Below, one piece after another: positions 19,916-21,779 of a stretch of DNA of 21,779 bases. Within the stretch, counting starts at the first letter, position 1. Every line of letters starts with the position of its first letter. The notes beneath the pieces are model-generated. The model did no database searches and had not been told where the DNA came from. It saw only the letters and a program-made list of their open reading frames with translations. The translations under genes were made by a program, and so were the position numbers. Source of the stretch: Craspedostauros australis (lineage: Eukaryota). The stretch is taken from contig JALAGF010003172.1 in the NCBI GenBank assembly GCA_030167865.1, forward strand, positions 62,001-83,779. The letters are read 5' to 3'.

Positions 19916-20509
19916 TTATCTACAGTGCAAGGAATATCCATGAGCAGAGCTTGCCAACATCACCAACTGCAGCTCCAAGGAAGCCCCATCATTGTTGGGA
20001 ATAGCCAAAGCACATGGAAGGTCTTGGCCACTGGAAAATAGTGCTTGCGCCACAGTGTGCCCCACAGTTCTGGTGTCAATTGCACAGCTGCTGTTCGTGT
20101 CAAACTTGAATGGACCGTCGTGGTACACGATGAGCTCCAGCACCAAGCTGGAGTCCCTCTTGTTGAAGGCGCGAGTGGCAATAACTGACGACACCAGCTG
20201 GTTGCGGCCCAGGTTGTCTTCACCTTGTGCATTGAAGAATGGCCTTGCTGCCATCTTTGTGTTGTTGTTGGTGTTGATCATGGTGAACAACATGAAGCTG
20301 TAGATGGAGCACTTGTAATCGTTCGCAGATGATATTCTCGTGGGTACTTGCTTCGTGGTGGATGCCTCAACGTCCACTGCTTGCGCAAATGGCCACGAAC
20401 TGTGTCGATGCGGAGCACGTGGCTCCTCATCCGTGAGCAACATCACCGCGATCACGGCGATTGTGCAGGCAAATCTTCGCATCGCCATCGTCAACTTCTT
20501 CATCAGCAT
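19916..20509 (-). pseudogene. Possible decayed or truncated gene for a secreted protein
   Basis: Signal-like MRRFACTIAVIAVMLL followed by protein-like sequence (FFNAQGEDNLGRNQLVSSVIAT, LVLELIVYHDGPF). The 3' end runs into repeat B. No family recognised. Confidence 0.3.
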
Positions 20510-21779
20510 GCGGTTTCGGTTCTTGCTGCTGGCCTCGCCCCTTGTCGTTGCAGTGTTGGTTCCTGCAAGTGATGATGCTTGTGATGATGATCGGGATGAT
20601 GGGAGCGATGGCAGTGTTCTGTGGAGTGGTGGGTGCGAAAGACAGTGAATGATCTTTGAGCAATGGCTTTGAACGTCGTTTGTGGATGATGGTTGGCACA
20701 TTCTGTACGTACTCCAGTGGAGCATAAGTTGAGTATGGCAGAGATGAACACAGAGAGTATTGGGAATGGTGTGGGTGTGGATGTGGATAGGTATGGCATG
20801 CATGGCGCGAGCAAGAGCAGTGCTGCTGTTCGGCATGAATGACAGCACGCCTCCTCTTTGAGGAGGCGTTGCGCCATGCGCCATGAAGGGGTGTTCGTTC
20901 TTCCATAGCATTCGCACAGCGTGGTCGCAGTGATCGAGCCAAGAGAGATACGAGTACGAACTGTTGCTCGTTGGGGAGAAGACACAACTATTGTTACTGT
21001 TAGGCATTTTCTGCGATGTGCAGGACGTATGTTACCAAGCGATACGTATTATAATACATGCGTTAGCTGCCACCAAGCACGCAATAGCGCTCAGCATCAG
21101 CGTCAGCCCCCAAGCATGTGACCAATCGATCCCCTTGCAGTGGCGAGATGCGGTGCATATGCGTACTAGTAAATACGAATACCATCCATTGATGGACAGC
21201 TTCGCCAGGACCTCACCCTGGAAAGGCACCGAAGACTCTGCAGGCAGCCAGCCCTAATGGACGTCCATCACTGCTTCATTTCCCACTCTGAGGTCGTACA
21301 GAAGCGAAAGCGCTCCCACAGAAATGATCGCCTGACACGCACCTCCTTGGACCCACGAGCACACAGAGGAGCTCGAGCCACGCCGATCGTACCCTGAATC
21401 GGTGTTCACTCAAATATCCACTGCAGATCGAGACACACTTGGAAAGTACGATCACTCTCTGAGCCCTACCCAGTGCTGCCTTGCTACCTCATCCCCTGCA
21501 TGGGCAAAATCGCAATCATGCCAAAGGCGCCCAGGCAGACGAGTGCGTACGAACAGAGTCGGCCTCAACCCGAGATTTTCCGACGCGCGCGTGCATGATT
21601 GACGTGCCGCCACTGCCACACTGTCAAGTTTGACCCTTATCCCATCAAGCAGGTATCTTTGGCAGCCAATGCTGCACAGAACAGCCAGACAGTACTCACA
21701 AGCTTCCTCTCATGCGTCTCCGACCGCTCCATAGAGTAAATACAATAGGCAATACTGTCTCGAGCGCAAAGTTACAATA

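Larger units (their letters stand above)
18562..19940 (+). repeat. Diverged inverted copy of the element A interior (element B: 18562-18670 plus 19462-~19940), split by element D
   Basis: TTTCTGAGAGCATCAGGAA, CAACTAAACC, AAAGATTCTATGACC, AGAGAGCATCTTGTGTACCAACTCATAGTC and AATGAAATAGCAAACAGAATCG all have collinear counterparts on the minus strand of ~18390-17770. Confidence 0.75.

Overview
Eukaryotic nuclear DNA, most likely from a diatom. This is inferred from the gene families (signal-peptide SET protein, diatom-type ankyrin/BTB and U-box proteins) and a GT-AG intron. Four genes look intact: a type II membrane protein of unknown function, a secreted tandem-SET protein, a two-exon S28 peptidase homologue lacking the canonical catalytic Ser, and a tandem U-box protein. 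The main discovery is two copies of a circularly permuted tRNA-Cys(GCA) gene (9038-9115 minus, 13298-13375 plus). In each, the 3' half lies upstream of the 5' half across a 6-nt linker, with a bulge-helix-bulge-like processing motif at the 37/38 junction, an upstream TATA-like box and a T5 terminator. The copies point outward and flank a ~4.2-kb block with two genes each broken by one in-frame stop. The region ~16.7-20 kb is a CpG-depleted nest of non-coding TGT...ACA elements, one with a perfect 6-bp target-site duplication and a reconstructable empty site.
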